A stretch of 64,000 nucleotides of DNA from Rickettsiales bacterium (GTDB taxonomy: Bacteria > Pseudomonadota > Alphaproteobacteria > Rickettsiales > UBA1997): contig JAYORG010000002.1 of the NCBI GenBank assembly GCA_038123275.1, positions 10,083 through 74,082 on the forward strand. Reading direction: 5' to 3'. Below the pieces are notes generated by a model, which was not told the DNA's origin, ran no database searches, and worked only from the letters and a program-made list of their open reading frames with translations. Position numbers and translations under genes: made by a program. Shown in pieces: positions 19,056 through 29,203 of this stretch. How positions within the stretch are numbered: the first letter of the stretch is position 1; every line of letters begins with the position of its first letter.

Positions 19056-20677
19056 TTTATTGCTGCTGTTATAAATGATACAAACATTGGATGAGGTGCA
19101 AATGGGCGAGATTTTAATTCTGGATGAAACTGTACCCCAATAAAAAATGGATGATTTGCAATTTCTATGATTTCAGTTAATTTACCATCAGGAGAAGCTC
19201 CTGAAATATTTAATCCAGATTTTTCCAGTTTGTCTTTAAGATTAATATTAACTTCATAGCGATGTCTATGTCTTTCATTTATTTTGGATTTATTATAGAT
19301 TTTATAAGCTAAGCTATTTTCTTTTATATCGCATGGATAAGATCCAAGCCTCATGGTTCCACCTAGGTCATCACTAATTTTGCTAATTTTTTTATCTTCT
19401 TTAATCCATTCATGCATTAAGCCAACTACTTTTGTTCCTTTCATGTCAAATTCACTAGAGGTAGCATCTTTAATATTAAGAACATTGCGGCTATATTCAA
19501 TAACAGCCATCTGCATACCAAAACAAATTCCAAAATATGGAATTTTATTAATTCTAGCATATTGGATCATTTTAATTTTACCTTCAGATCCATCTTCTCC
19601 AAATGCACCAGGAACTATTATGCCATCAATATTTTGAAGATCTTTTAAGATATCTTTGTTGGATCTACGAGCATTAATCCATTTTATATTGGCTTTACGT
19701 TTAAGAGAGATGCAAGCATGATCAATTGCTTCTAAAAGTGATTTATAGGAATCTTTGTAATCGGTATATTTTCCTACAATGGCAATAGTAACATTACCTT
19801 TAATATTTTTAATGGAGTTGGCAATATTATGCCATTTTTCAAAATCAGGTTTGCTTTTATGTTCTAAATTAAAAAACTTTAAAATTTGAGTATCAAGACC
19901 TTGTTTGTGATAAATATAAGGAACTTCATAGATATTACTGGCATTTGGAGCCGGAATTACATTATCTGCTTTCACTGAGCACATTTTAGCAATTTTATCT
20001 ATAATTGATTGATTAATATCTTTTTCAGTTCTACATAATAAAACACTTGGTTGTATACCAATTGATCTAAGCTCTTTAACAGAATGTTGTGTTGGTTTAG
20101 TTTTAATTTCGTCAGCAAATGAAATATAAGGTAGTAATGTTAGATGTAAGAAGGCGCATTGATCACTTCCAAGTTCAAAACCAAGCTGCCTAATTGCCTC
20201 AAAAAAGGGTAGGGCTTCAATATCACCAACTGTCCCACCAATTTCACATAAAGCAAAATCTACGTCATCTATATCGTTTAGAATAAAATTTTTAATTAAA
20301 TCAGTAACATGAGGAATTACTTGTACAGTTCCACCAAGATAGTCTCCTTTCCTTTCTTTATTAATTAAATTTTGATAAATTTGTCCAGCAGTAATATTGT
20401 CGGTTTTTTTAGCATCTACCCCTGTGAATCTTTCATAATGACCAAGATCTAAGTCAGTCTCGGCTCCATCTTCAGTTACAAAAACTTCTCCATGTTGAGT
20501 TGGGCTCATCGTGCCAGGGTCAACATTTAAATAGGGATCTAATTTTCTTAAGCGAACTTTATATCCACGAGCTTGTAATAATGCCCCTAAAGATGCAGAT
20601 GCTAGACCTTTTCCAAGTGAGGACACAACTCCTCCGGTAATAAAAATAAATCTAGTTTTGCTTTTATTTTTTGTCAT
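19052..20677 (-). CDS. pyrG: CTP synthase
   Basis: 541 aa; [21 protein letters not shown], amidotransferase [24 protein letters not shown]. Confidence 0.95.
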   Translation of the reverse strand: MTKNKSKTRFIFITGGVVSSLGKGLASASLGALLQARGYKVRLRKLDPYLNVDPGTMSPTQHGEVFVTEDGAETDLDLGHYERFTGVDAKKTDNITAGQIYQNLINKERKGDYLGGTVQVIPHVTDLIKNFILNDIDDVDFALCEIGGTVGDIEALPFFEAIRQLGFELGSDQCAFLHLTLLPYISFADEIKTKPTQHSVKELRSIGIQPSVLLCRTEKDINQSIIDKIAKMCSVKADNVIPAPNASNIYEVPYIYHKQGLDTQILKFFNLEHKSKPDFEKWHNIANSIKNIKGNVTIAIVGKYTDYKDSYKSLLEAIDHACISLKRKANIKWINARRSNKDILKDLQNIDGIIVPGAFGEDGSEGKIKMIQYARINKIPYFGICFGMQMAVIEYSRNVLNIKDATSSEFDMKGTKVVGLMHEWIKEDKKISKISDDLGGTMRLGSYPCDIKENSLAYKIYNKSKINERHRHRYEVNINLKDKLEKSGLNISGASPDGKLTEIIEIANHPFFIGVQFHPELKSRPFAPHPMFVSFITAAIK

Positions 20678-21366
20678 TATTTAAAATTATTTAAAAGTGA
20701 TTCAAACATTTTGATGCCGTCATTAGAACCTGTATTTAAATCAATTGCTCTTTCTGGATGAGGCATCATGCCTAGAATATTTTTATTTTTATTAAATATT
20801 CCAGCTATATTTTCAATTGAACCATTTGGATTAGATTCTTTTGTTGCTTGACCGTCTTCATCAACATATTTAAAGGCTATTTGACCATTATCTTGTAGTG
20901 ACTTTATAATGTCAGGAGCAGCAAAATAATCCCCATCCATATGAGCTACTGGAATTTTAATAATTTCATTTTTTTGGTAACATGAATTGAAATTATTATT
21001 TTGATTTTCAACCTTGAGATTAACAGTTTTACAAACAAATTTAATTCCTTTATTTCTTACTAAAACTCCATCAAGTAGGCCAGTTTCAGTTAGGACTTGA
21101 AAACCATTGCAAATGCCAAGAATATGAGTGCCACTAGAAGCGCTTTTTTTAACTTCTTTCATGACAGGAGAAATAGCAGCCATGGCTCCACTTCTTAAAT
21201 AGTCCCCATAGGAAAATCCTCCGGGGATAACAATTAAGTCTAGGTTACTTGGTAATTTATTTTCTTGATACCAAACTTTCTCTACTTTACTGCCAATTTT
21301 TTGCAAGGCATCAACAGCATCTCGATCACAATTAGAACCTGGAAAAACAACAACTGCAGATTTCAT
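20677..21366 (-). CDS. purQ: phosphoribosylformylglycinamidine synthase, glutaminase subunit
   Basis: 229 aa; [12 protein letters not shown], nucleophile context GICNGFQ, MMPHPER. Confidence 0.9.
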   Translation of the reverse strand: MKSAVVVFPGSNCDRDAVDALQKIGSKVEKVWYQENKLPSNLDLIVIPGGFSYGDYLRSGAMAAISPVMKEVKKSASSGTHILGICNGFQVLTETGLLDGVLVRNKGIKFVCKTVNLKVENQNNNFNSCYQKNEIIKIPVAHMDGDYFAAPDIIKSLQDNGQIAFKYVDEDGQATKESNPNGSIENIAGIFNKNKNILGMMPHPERAIDLNTGSNDGIKMFESLLNNFK

Positions 21367-21611
21367 TAATTTATTACCTCGTAATTATAGTTTTCAATAA
21401 CCTGATTAACTAGAAGCTTATCACAAATATCATCAACTATTTTACCAGCTTTTTCTTGGTCATTTTCATTGATGTCTAACTCAATTAATTTACCTTGTCT
21501 AACATTTGAAATTTGCTCAAATCCTAAATTTTTATTTAGAGAATTTTCAATTGCTTTGCCTTGTGTGTCTAAAACTCCTTTTTTCAGAGTAACATTAATT
21601 CTTACTTTCAT
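21366..21611 (-). CDS. purS: phosphoribosylformylglycinamidine synthase subunit PurS
   Basis: 81 aa; V.LK.GVLD.QG..I pattern; located between purC and purQ with 1-nt and 4-nt junctions. Confidence 0.85.
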   Translation of the reverse strand: MKVRINVTLKKGVLDTQGKAIENSLNKNLGFEQISNVRQGKLIELDINENDQEKAGKIVDDICDKLLVNQVIENYNYEVIN

Positions 21612-21615
21612 TTTA

Positions 21616-22338
21616 TTAATTTATTTTAATTTTAAGTCTTTTAGCAATCTCTTGGTAAGCATCGATTAAACCTCCAAGGTTTTTTCTAAACCTATCTTTA
21701 TCAAGTTTCTTATTGCTATCTTTATCCCATAATCTACAAGAATCGGGGCTAATTTCGTCGGCTAAAATGATATTTTTATCTTTATCCAAGCCAAATTCAA
21801 TCTTAAAATCAACCAATTTAACATTTATGCCATCAAAAATTTCTTTTAATATTTGATTAATTTTAAAGCTTATTTTTTTTATTAGATCTAATTGCTCTAA
21901 GGTTACTAATTTTAAAACCTTAATAGCATGATCATCATTTATTATTGGGTCTCCAAGAGCATCTTCTTTATAGCATATTTCAAAAATTGCCTCGTTAAAT
22001 TCTATTCCTTCTTTTAAACCTAATCTTTTTGCTGTAGTTCCAGCAGAAATATTACGAATAATTACTTCTAGGGGTATTATATCTAATTTTTTAATTAATT
22101 GTTCTCTATTGGATATTCTTTTTATGAAGTGATTAACAATGCCTTTTTGTGTTAGTTCTTCCATAATAAATTGTGATATGAAGTTATTTAAAACTCCTTT
22201 ACCATCTGTTATCTTAGTTTTATTTGGATCATTAAAGGCAGTGGTATCATCTTTAAAATATTGAATAATCTCATTTGCATTAGCTGTGGAATACAAAATT
22301 TTAGCTTTTCCTTCGTGAATTTGTTCTAATTTTTGCAT
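21616..22338 (-). CDS. purC: phosphoribosylaminoimidazole-succinocarboxamide synthase
   Basis: 240 aa; EGKAKILY, IPLEVIIRN, ADEISPDSCRLWD, DKDRFR. Confidence 0.92.
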   Translation of the reverse strand: MQKLEQIHEGKAKILYSTANANEIIQYFKDDTTAFNDPNKTKITDGKGVLNNFISQFIMEELTQKGIVNHFIKRISNREQLIKKLDIIPLEVIIRNISAGTTAKRLGLKEGIEFNEAIFEICYKEDALGDPIINDDHAIKVLKLVTLEQLDLIKKISFKINQILKEIFDGINVKLVDFKIEFGLDKDKNIILADEISPDSCRLWDKDSNKKLDKDRFRKNLGGLIDAYQEIAKRLKIKIN

Positions 22339-22434
22339 TTATGAGTTTTTAGATAATTAGTAAAACCATAATTTAAAGCAACTCAAAATATTTCGCAATA
22401 TTAAATTTAACCTTTAAACATAGATTCTAAACGT

Positions 22435-23289
22435 TTAGTCCCATTTAGCAATAGGAGGTAAGGACATTAAAATTGCCTCAGGATTGCCATTAGTCATTAG
22501 GCCAAATTTAGTACCACGATCATAAATTAGGTTAAACTCAGTATAACGACCCCTTTTAAGTAATTGAATTTCTCTTTGTTCTTTGCTAAATTTTTTAAAC
22601 ATACTTTTTCTAACTAATTTAGGGAATATATCTAAAAATGTGAGACCAACATCTTTGGTAAAATTAAAGTCGTTTTCAAAATTATTAGTGTTTAAGTAAT
22701 CATAAAAAATTCCTCCAATTCCTCTTGCTTCATTTCTGTGTTTAATAAAGAAATATTCATCACATTCTTTCTTAAATTTTGGGTAATAATTTTTATCATA
22801 TTTATTGCAGGTTTCCTCAAAGGCTTTGTGAAATTCTTTTGTGTCTGATGCGTCTTCAATAATAGGATTTAAATCAGATCCACCACCAAACCAATTTTTT
22901 GTAGTACAAATAAAACGAGTATTCATATGAATTGCAGGAACTAACGGCGAGGACATATGAGCTACTAAAGAGATTCCACTGGCCCAAAAATTAGGATTTT
23001 CATCTGTTCCAGGAATTTTTTTTCTAAATTCTTCGCTAAATTCACCAAATACTGTAGAGATGTTAACTCCAACTTTTTCAAAAACGTTACCTTTCATTAT
23101 TGACATTTCTCCACTACCACCACCGTCTCTATCCCAGTTTTTTCTTATAAATTTGCTAGCTGTTAAATTTTTCTTTAAAGCAAATTCTTCTTCTATATTT
23201 TCAAATTCACTACATATTTTATTTCTTAATTGGGTAAACCATTTTTGTGTTATTTTTTGTTTTTCTATTAATTTTATCATTTTTATCAT
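22435..23289 (-). CDS. hemF: oxygen-dependent coproporphyrinogen-III oxidase
   Basis: 284 aa; WDRDGGGSGE, GVNISTV, NWFGGGSDL, RGIGGIFYD, RGRYTEFNLIYDRGTKFGL. Confidence 0.9.
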   Translation of the reverse strand: MIKMIKLIEKQKITQKWFTQLRNKICSEFENIEEEFALKKNLTASKFIRKNWDRDGGGSGEMSIMKGNVFEKVGVNISTVFGEFSEEFRKKIPGTDENPNFWASGISLVAHMSSPLVPAIHMNTRFICTTKNWFGGGSDLNPIIEDASDTKEFHKAFEETCNKYDKNYYPKFKKECDEYFFIKHRNEARGIGGIFYDYLNTNNFENDFNFTKDVGLTFLDIFPKLVRKSMFKKFSKEQREIQLLKRGRYTEFNLIYDRGTKFGLMTNGNPEAILMSLPPIAKWD

Positions 23290-23312
23290 TAATTTTTATT
23301 TAGGAAGAATAT

Positions 23313-24284
23313 TTAATGTTCATAGCCTAATTTATCAATTTTTATTTCACATTTATTATCAATTAGGGTAACTAACTGATCAGTTTGATGGTTTTTTTCT
23401 AAATAGCCAATATTTGTTAAATTAATCCCTAATGTTTTAGATAAAATTGCAATTTTCTTACTATTTGCTTCATTAACGCTAAAAATTAATTCATAATCAT
23501 CACCAGCGCTGCATAATTCCATAATAGTAATATTTTTATTGTTCTTTAAAATGTTATTTGCTTCCTTTGAAAAAGGAATTTTATTTTTAAATATTGTAGC
23601 TTTCATATTAGAGCTTTTACAAATATGTTTTAAATCCAAGAATAACCCATCAGAGATATCGATAGCGCATTTTGATAGTTTTTGTTTTATTAATTCTTGT
23701 CCTAGCTTAATTCTTGGACTTGGTTTATAATATTTGGAGATTAAATATTCTTTATTTTGTGGAATTGAGTTTATTTGATTTTCTAGTATTTTTCTGCCTA
23801 AATATGCATCTCCTATATTTCCTGAAACAAATATTAAATCCTTATCAGCGGCATTTTTTCTAGATAATATATTTTTGTTTATTTCACCAAAGATTGTTAT
23901 GCTAAAAAATAGTTTATCTTTTGACTTTATGGTATCTCCACCAATTAAAGAAATATTAAATTCTTGGTTAATTTCTTTTAAAGCTTTACTAAAATTAGCC
24001 AGGAAGGCTTCATCAACATGATGATTTTTGCAAAATCCAAGCATGTAATATAAAGGTTTAGAGCCACTTGCGGCAATATCAGAAAGATTTGATCTAATTA
24101 ATCTATTGGCAATATTATAAGCACCATCTTCCTTATAAAAATGCACATCTTCAACTATAATATCTTTGCTTATGACAAGATTATTGTCCTTTATTATAGC
24201 TACGTCATCTTGTAGTTTTTGAGACTCTTTTATGTTGTTAGTTAATGGTTGGAAATACTTATCAATTAAGTTAAATTCATCCAT
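23313..24284 (-). CDS. thiL: thiamine-monophosphate kinase
   Basis: 323 aa; EDVHF, SNLSDIAASG, GGDT, AIDISDGL, AGDDYELIF. Confidence 0.85.
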   Translation of the reverse strand: MDEFNLIDKYFQPLTNNIKESQKLQDDVAIIKDNNLVISKDIIVEDVHFYKEDGAYNIANRLIRSNLSDIAASGSKPLYYMLGFCKNHHVDEAFLANFSKALKEINQEFNISLIGGDTIKSKDKLFFSITIFGEINKNILSRKNAADKDLIFVSGNIGDAYLGRKILENQINSIPQNKEYLISKYYKPSPRIKLGQELIKQKLSKCAIDISDGLFLDLKHICKSSNMKATIFKNKIPFSKEANNILKNNKNITIMELCSAGDDYELIFSVNEANSKKIAILSKTLGINLTNIGYLEKNHQTDQLVTLIDNKCEIKIDKLGYEH

Positions 24285-24287
24285 TAT

Positions 24288-24737
24288 CTATTTAATTTTA
24301 AAGTATTTATCTGCTGATATTTTTCCGCTACCATAGATAAAAATAGTAGATAGCAAGAAGAGCCAATAGAAATGTTCAATATTTTGTATCACTAGAAATT
24401 GGATTGTAAGTGTCATAACTATTAAAGGTATAACTGCAAATCTACTTAAAAGACCTAATGCTAAAAGTACAGGGCAAACTAACTCAAAGAATGTACCAAT
24501 ATAAGCTGCAAAAACAGGAGATATCAAAGGTAAGTCATATTCATACTCAAACAGATAAATAGCATTATCAATGTTGGCGAATTTATTTCTACCACTTTTA
24601 AAAAAGATATTAGCCATCCATAGCCTACAGGATAATAACAATATAGATGCAAAATAGTCTTCTATTACATTAAAAAACTTGTTATTAGATTTTGTGATTA
24701 ATCTTGTAATTTTCTTGGTACTAATCATTTTTAACAT
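24288..24737 (-). CDS. DoxX-family membrane protein (last gene of the MNIO/bufferin-like operon)
   Basis: 149 aa; 4 TM; LLLSCRLWMANIFFKSGRNKF matches the DoxX N-terminal pattern; overlaps the upstream DUF2063 gene. Confidence 0.7.
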   Translation of the reverse strand: MLKMISTKKITRLITKSNNKFFNVIEDYFASILLLSCRLWMANIFFKSGRNKFANIDNAIYLFEYEYDLPLISPVFAAYIGTFFELVCPVLLALGLLSRFAVIPLIVMTLTIQFLVIQNIEHFYWLFLLSTIFIYGSGKISADKYFKIK

Positions 24738-25476
24738 TGAAATTGGTTATTATTTTGCAAGAGACAAACTTATTTATTAAAGATCCTATATCAAAATCTT
24801 CTTTATTTAAGCTTAAAGTTTCATGAATTTGGTAAATATTCTTCTTCTCTTCAATCATTTTTAGAAAACCATACTCAGCCTTTGCTAAATTATGAATATT
24901 AACCTTAAAAGATGATCCTTCAATGATAATAAATTGGCCTTTTTTTTCTTCAAGATTAATTTTATCTTTAGACCATATTGAATAGATTGGATATTTTGAA
25001 GCAATTAAATAACATGAAGGGTGTAAATTAAAGTATAGAGACATAAAGTCATCTTCACTTAAAGATTGTAATTTTTTAATGTCAATTGGCTTTGCATCTT
25101 TACTAAAGTAAGATAAATTGTAAAACCATTCCAAGTTAGCAAGATCAGTTAAGTAAGGTAATTTATGTTCTTTTTCTAAGCTTTTAATAAATTTTGGAAA
25201 ATATTGTCCATAATCTTCTAAATTTCCGCTTTTAGAATGATATTTATGATGATACTGCTTTATTATCTTATAAAAATAATCATCTCCTACGATATTTTTG
25301 GTGGATTCATAAGTTAGTGATAAGGAATCATCAAAGCTGCTAAATATATTATTTCGATAAATATCCATCCTTTGTCTAATGTCTATTTTGCTAGAATTAA
25401 TCTTAGAAAATATTTTTAAGTTATTTTGATTATAAATATGATTAGCAAACTGCTCTTGTAGGTCTGATAGATTCAT
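24721..25476 (-). CDS. DUF2063-family protein (MNIO partner, BufC-like)
   Basis: 251 aa; LQEQFANHIY...MDIYRNNIFSSFDDSLSLTYESTKNIVGDDYF matches the DUF2063 N-terminal consensus (vYRNn...L...fP....lvG...F). Confidence 0.65.
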   Translation of the reverse strand: MNLSDLQEQFANHIYNQNNLKIFSKINSSKIDIRQRMDIYRNNIFSSFDDSLSLTYESTKNIVGDDYFYKIIKQYHHKYHSKSGNLEDYGQYFPKFIKSLEKEHKLPYLTDLANLEWFYNLSYFSKDAKPIDIKKLQSLSEDDFMSLYFNLHPSCYLIASKYPIYSIWSKDKINLEEKKGQFIIIEGSSFKVNIHNLAKAEYGFLKMIEEKKNIYQIHETLSLNKEDFDIGSLINKFVSCKIITNFNVKND

Positions 25477-26311
25477 TATTTATTATTAGTTGTTCTGCCT
25501 TTTTGGCTTCATTTAATAAATTTTCGATAGATGGTAGATCTTGATCCCACTCTATTAATGATGGTGAATTAAATTTTTTAATAGCAATTTTATAAAGATC
25601 CCAAACTTCATCGCAAACATAATTATCATGTGTATCAATTAAAATTATATTACCATCAATATTGGACTTGCTATGTCCAGCTAAATGTATTTCTTTAACT
25701 ATTTGCGGGTTAATATTATTAATATAAGAAATAGGGTCAAATTTATTATTATAAGAGCTGACATAAATATTGTTGATATCAAGTAATATTTTGCATCCAG
25801 TTTTATTTGCTACTTGGTTAATGAAATCATCTTCTGCAATTTCTGATTCTTTAAAACTTAGGTAGGTTGATGGATTTTCAACCAGAATTTCTTTTTTAAG
25901 AAAATCTTGCACTTGTGATATATTGCTACATAAAGCTTCTAGAGATTCTTTGGTATAAGGTAGTGGAAGTAGGTCGTTTAAAACCTGATTTTTAATATTA
26001 CTCCATGATATATGATCAGAAATTAAAAATGGATCACAAAATTCAACTAGTTTTTTAAGTTTTTGTAAGTGAGTTTGGTCAATTTTTTGAGCTGAACCAA
26101 GTGATAGGCCAACACCATGTAAGCTTAAGGGATAACTTTCTCTAATTTTTTTTAAAAAGCCAAGAGACGGACCGCCATCGGCAAAGAAATTTTCACTATG
26201 AACTTCAAGCCAAGGAATATTTGGCTTATTTTTTAATATATAATCGTGGTGAGGGTGTCTTAAACCAATCCCAACTGCAGTAGTTGAGATTGGTTTTTTA
26301 ATTTTAAACAC
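25442..26311 (-). CDS. DUF692 / MNIO-family (multinuclear non-heme iron oxidative) RiPP-modifying enzyme (BufB-like)
   Basis: 289 aa; VGIGLRHPHHDYIL, WLEVHSENFF, YPLSLHGVGLSLGS, ISDHISW, VENPSTYL, IHLAGHS, LIEWD. Confidence 0.8.
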   Translation of the reverse strand: MFKIKKPISTTAVGIGLRHPHHDYILKNKPNIPWLEVHSENFFADGGPSLGFLKKIRESYPLSLHGVGLSLGSAQKIDQTHLQKLKKLVEFCDPFLISDHISWSNIKNQVLNDLLPLPYTKESLEALCSNISQVQDFLKKEILVENPSTYLSFKESEIAEDDFINQVANKTGCKILLDINNIYVSSYNNKFDPISYINNINPQIVKEIHLAGHSKSNIDGNIILIDTHDNYVCDEVWDLYKIAIKKFNSPSLIEWDQDLPSIENLLNEAKKAEQLIINNESIRPTRAVC

Positions 26312-26333
26312 TTAGAAATATGAATAAAATTGA

Positions 26334-26516
26334 TTACTTTTTTTTGCTATGGCAGCCATTACTTCCACAGCTATGTTTGCCAGATTTCTTGCTTTTGCAA
26401 GAATTTTTTCCACCACATTTATGAGATCCATCTTTAGCGCCAAACATTGAACAAGCAGAAGTTAGAGTAATAAGAGCAACACCAGTTGCTACTGATTTTA
26501 AAAAATTAGTTTTCAT
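26334..26516 (-). CDS. small exported Cys/His/Lys-rich peptide (candidate second RiPP precursor)
   Basis: 60 aa: MKTNFLKSVATGVALITLTSACSMFGAKDGSHKCGGKNSCKSKKSGKHSCGSNGCHSKKK. Its signal peptide aligns with that of the adjacent DUF2282 peptide, and GKHSC is shared. It sits between the precursor and the MNIO gene. Confidence 0.5.
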   Translation of the reverse strand: MKTNFLKSVATGVALITLTSACSMFGAKDGSHKCGGKNSCKSKKSGKHSCGSNGCHSKKK

Positions 26517-26565
26517 AATAAATTTAATTTTAGATTAATAAAAAAGTATAAGTAGTGGTATTTTC

Positions 26566-26820
26566 TTAACCTAAAATGCCATTGACAATTTTTGTACAAG
26601 TGCCTTTAGGTAGTAAAACCCATTCATTTTTATCTCCATCTTTAGTTGCTCCACCAGCACAAGAATGTTTACCTTGTTTGTCGCTGCAATCATTTTGACC
26701 AGCTTTAACAACTCCATAACATTTTTCCATTTTTTTAGATTTAGCTTGTGCTTCCAATGTTATTAGAGAAATAGCACCAACACCAAGAATTACAGATGAT
26801 AAAAAAGTTTTTTTGTTCAT
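26566..26820 (-). CDS. DUF2282-family exported peptide (BufA1/bufferin-type precursor)
   Basis: 84 aa; signal peptide ...LEAQA/KS; core EKCYGVVKAGQNDCSDKQGKHSCAGGATKDGDKNEWVLLPKGTC with the four conserved Cys. Confidence 0.75.
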   Translation of the reverse strand: MNKKTFLSSVILGVGAISLITLEAQAKSKKMEKCYGVVKAGQNDCSDKQGKHSCAGGATKDGDKNEWVLLPKGTCTKIVNGILG

Positions 26821-26867
26821 TGTATATTATGTTAGAAATTTAGTATATATAGTTGGTTGAATGGTCA

Positions 26868-26895
26868 AATCTAAAATCATAATTATTTTTGTCAA
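26868..26895 (-). promoter_or_regulatory. candidate sigma70-type promoter of the bufferin-like operon
   Basis: On the minus strand: TTGACA (26895-26890), 16-nt spacer, TAGATT (26873-26868); about 45 nt upstream of the precursor ATG. Confidence 0.3.
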
Positions 26896-26935
26896 ACTTA
26901 ATTTATTTAAATTTTGAAAAGGTTACAAATTTGTA

Positions 26936-29125
26936 TTAGAGTGGATCAACATCAATTCTAACTCTAACTTGATTTGAAAGTTTAGTAGATTCAATTATTT
27001 GTTTAATTAATTTTTGAATATTAAGTTTTTTATCACTTTTAATTAGTAATCGATAGTAATAATGTTTGCGTATTTTGCTCATTGGCATAGGGGCAGGACC
27101 AAAAATTTCGATTGTTTTTTGGGTAGGAAATCTTCTTAAGATTAATTTAGCACTGTTAATTGCTAATTCTTCATTTTTGGATATAAAGATTATGGCTATT
27201 ATTTTGCCAAAAGGTGGCATTGTTGTTATTTGTCTATTTTGAATTTCTAGATTAAGGAAATCATCGCGATTTTGAGTAGCTATATATTTAAAAACTAAAT
27301 TATCAACATTATAGCTTTGTAAGAATATTTTAGCTTTGTGTTTTTCTCTTCCAGCTCTTCCTATTACTTGAGTTAAAAGTTGGAAGGATTTCTCGGCTGT
27401 TCTTAAATTGGCATTGTTAAAACTGCTATCACCATCAATAATACCAACCAATGCTAGATGTGGAAAATGGTGACCTTTAGCAATAATTTGGGTGCCAATA
27501 ATTATATCAATTTGATTATTTGCTATTTTTTTTATTACTTCATTTGCTGTATTAGAATTATTTATGGTATCGCTAGTCATTAAGGAGGTTTTGCTATCTG
27601 GAAATAATTCTTTAATTTCTTCAGCAATTTTTTCCACTCCAGCTCCAAGTGTAATAAAGCTATTTTCACTATTACAATTTTTACAAGATTGAGTTATTTT
27701 TGCCTCATAGCCACAATGATGGCATGTTAATTTGTTAATTTTTTGGTGATAAGTAACATAAGAACTACAATGAATGCAATTAATCTTAAAGCCACAGCAT
27801 TTGCATAGAGTTAGGGGCGCATAACCACGACGATTTAAGAATAGCAAAATCTGCTGTTTATTTTTCAAACAGTTAATGATTTCATTTTTTAAATCAGAAG
27901 AAATAAATTTATTGCTTGGCAATTTCTCTTTCTTCATATTAATAAGATGAATTTGTGCTTGGTTATTATTAAAAAATTTATTTTCTAAAATTTGATGGTA
28001 ATATTTACCATTTTTAGTATTGGCAAAAGTTTCAATTGATGGAGTTGCTGAAGATAGGATAACTGAAATCTTTTCAAATTTAGCTCTAGCTATCGCCATG
28101 TCTCTGCCATGATAATTTACAACATCTTCTTGTTTGAAAGAAGATTCATGCTCTTCATCTATTATAATTAATTTTAAATTAGCAAATGGTAAAAATAGAG
28201 CTGATCTAGTGCCTATCAAAATTTGAATATCCCCTTTATTTAGAGCATAGAAAATATCTCTTTTTTGGTTATTATTAATTTTCGAATGCCAAATTTCTGG
28301 TGTAAAATTAAAGGCACAGCTAAATCTATTAACTAATTGATCAGTTAGAATAATTTCTGGTAATAAGATCAGTATTTGTCCAGATTTCTCTTTTAATATT
28401 TGGGCAATAACATCAAAATATACTTCAGTTTTGCCAGATCCGGTAACTCCATCAAGTAATGTTACATTATATTCGTTTTTATTAACTTTATCTTTTAAAA
28501 AATTAGCAGTTTGTTGCTGGCTTGATGATAATTTCTTTAAATTAAAGTTGTTTATATCAAATTTTTGAACTTTTTTACTATTTATTTCATTTTTGATAGT
28601 ATTTTTAATGAGAAATTCATTTTTTACCAAAGAATTAATAGTAGAATTAGAAATTTTTACCGAATTTATTAAATCTTGTGCTAATAATGCCTCTTTTTCT
28701 TGGAAAATATCGATAATTTTTTGTCTTTTTGGAGTAATTTTTAGATTTTGTGGTAAATTATGGTTAATTTTGTAGAAAGTTTGGCTGTTTTCCTTATTTT
28801 TTGAGCTATTTAATATAGATATTGCTAATTTAAGAAATAATCCTTTTGGAGCTAAATTGTAACTTGCAGCAAATTCAATAATTTTTATTAAATTGCTACC
28901 AATTTTAATATTTTCATCTTTTTCAATGATATTTTTAATCTTGAATTTTGATTTTTCTGTTTCTGGTTTTATTTGAAGAACTGCACCATAAGTATTGCGA
29001 TTAACAAAATTTACTAAAACTATATCACCAATTTTTATATCTAAATTTTCTGGAACATAATAGCTAAAAGCCTCGTCAAAGGCGATAGGTAATAATATTT
29101 GAGCTATTAGTTTATTTTCTTTCAT
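26936..29125 (-). CDS. priA: primosomal protein N' (replication restart helicase)
   Basis: 729 aa; Walker A GVTGSGKTEVY, DEEH box, four Cys pairs (CKCCG, CIHCS, CHHCG, CKNC), QVIGRAGR. Confidence 0.92.
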   Translation of the reverse strand: MKENKLIAQILLPIAFDEAFSYYVPENLDIKIGDIVLVNFVNRNTYGAVLQIKPETEKSKFKIKNIIEKDENIKIGSNLIKIIEFAASYNLAPKGLFLKLAISILNSSKNKENSQTFYKINHNLPQNLKITPKRQKIIDIFQEKEALLAQDLINSVKISNSTINSLVKNEFLIKNTIKNEINSKKVQKFDINNFNLKKLSSSQQQTANFLKDKVNKNEYNVTLLDGVTGSGKTEVYFDVIAQILKEKSGQILILLPEIILTDQLVNRFSCAFNFTPEIWHSKINNNQKRDIFYALNKGDIQILIGTRSALFLPFANLKLIIIDEEHESSFKQEDVVNYHGRDMAIARAKFEKISVILSSATPSIETFANTKNGKYYHQILENKFFNNNQAQIHLINMKKEKLPSNKFISSDLKNEIINCLKNKQQILLFLNRRGYAPLTLCKCCGFKINCIHCSSYVTYHQKINKLTCHHCGYEAKITQSCKNCNSENSFITLGAGVEKIAEEIKELFPDSKTSLMTSDTINNSNTANEVIKKIANNQIDIIIGTQIIAKGHHFPHLALVGIIDGDSSFNNANLRTAEKSFQLLTQVIGRAGREKHKAKIFLQSYNVDNLVFKYIATQNRDDFLNLEIQNRQITTMPPFGKIIAIIFISKNEELAINSAKLILRRFPTQKTIEIFGPAPMPMSKIRKHYYYRLLIKSDKKLNIQKLIKQIIESTKLSNQVRVRIDVDPL

Positions 29126-29203
29126 TAAGTACTTGATTTTAAGTCAGAATTAATCGATAAAATATATGCTTACCAAATATTAACTTACAAATACTTAATT
29201 AAA

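Noticed and set aside
20677-24284. Whether purCSQ-hemF-thiL downstream of the bufferin-like operon form part of the same functional system
   Set aside because: These are standard housekeeping enzymes with canonical motifs. Their adjacency is best explained by genome compaction rather than a functional link.
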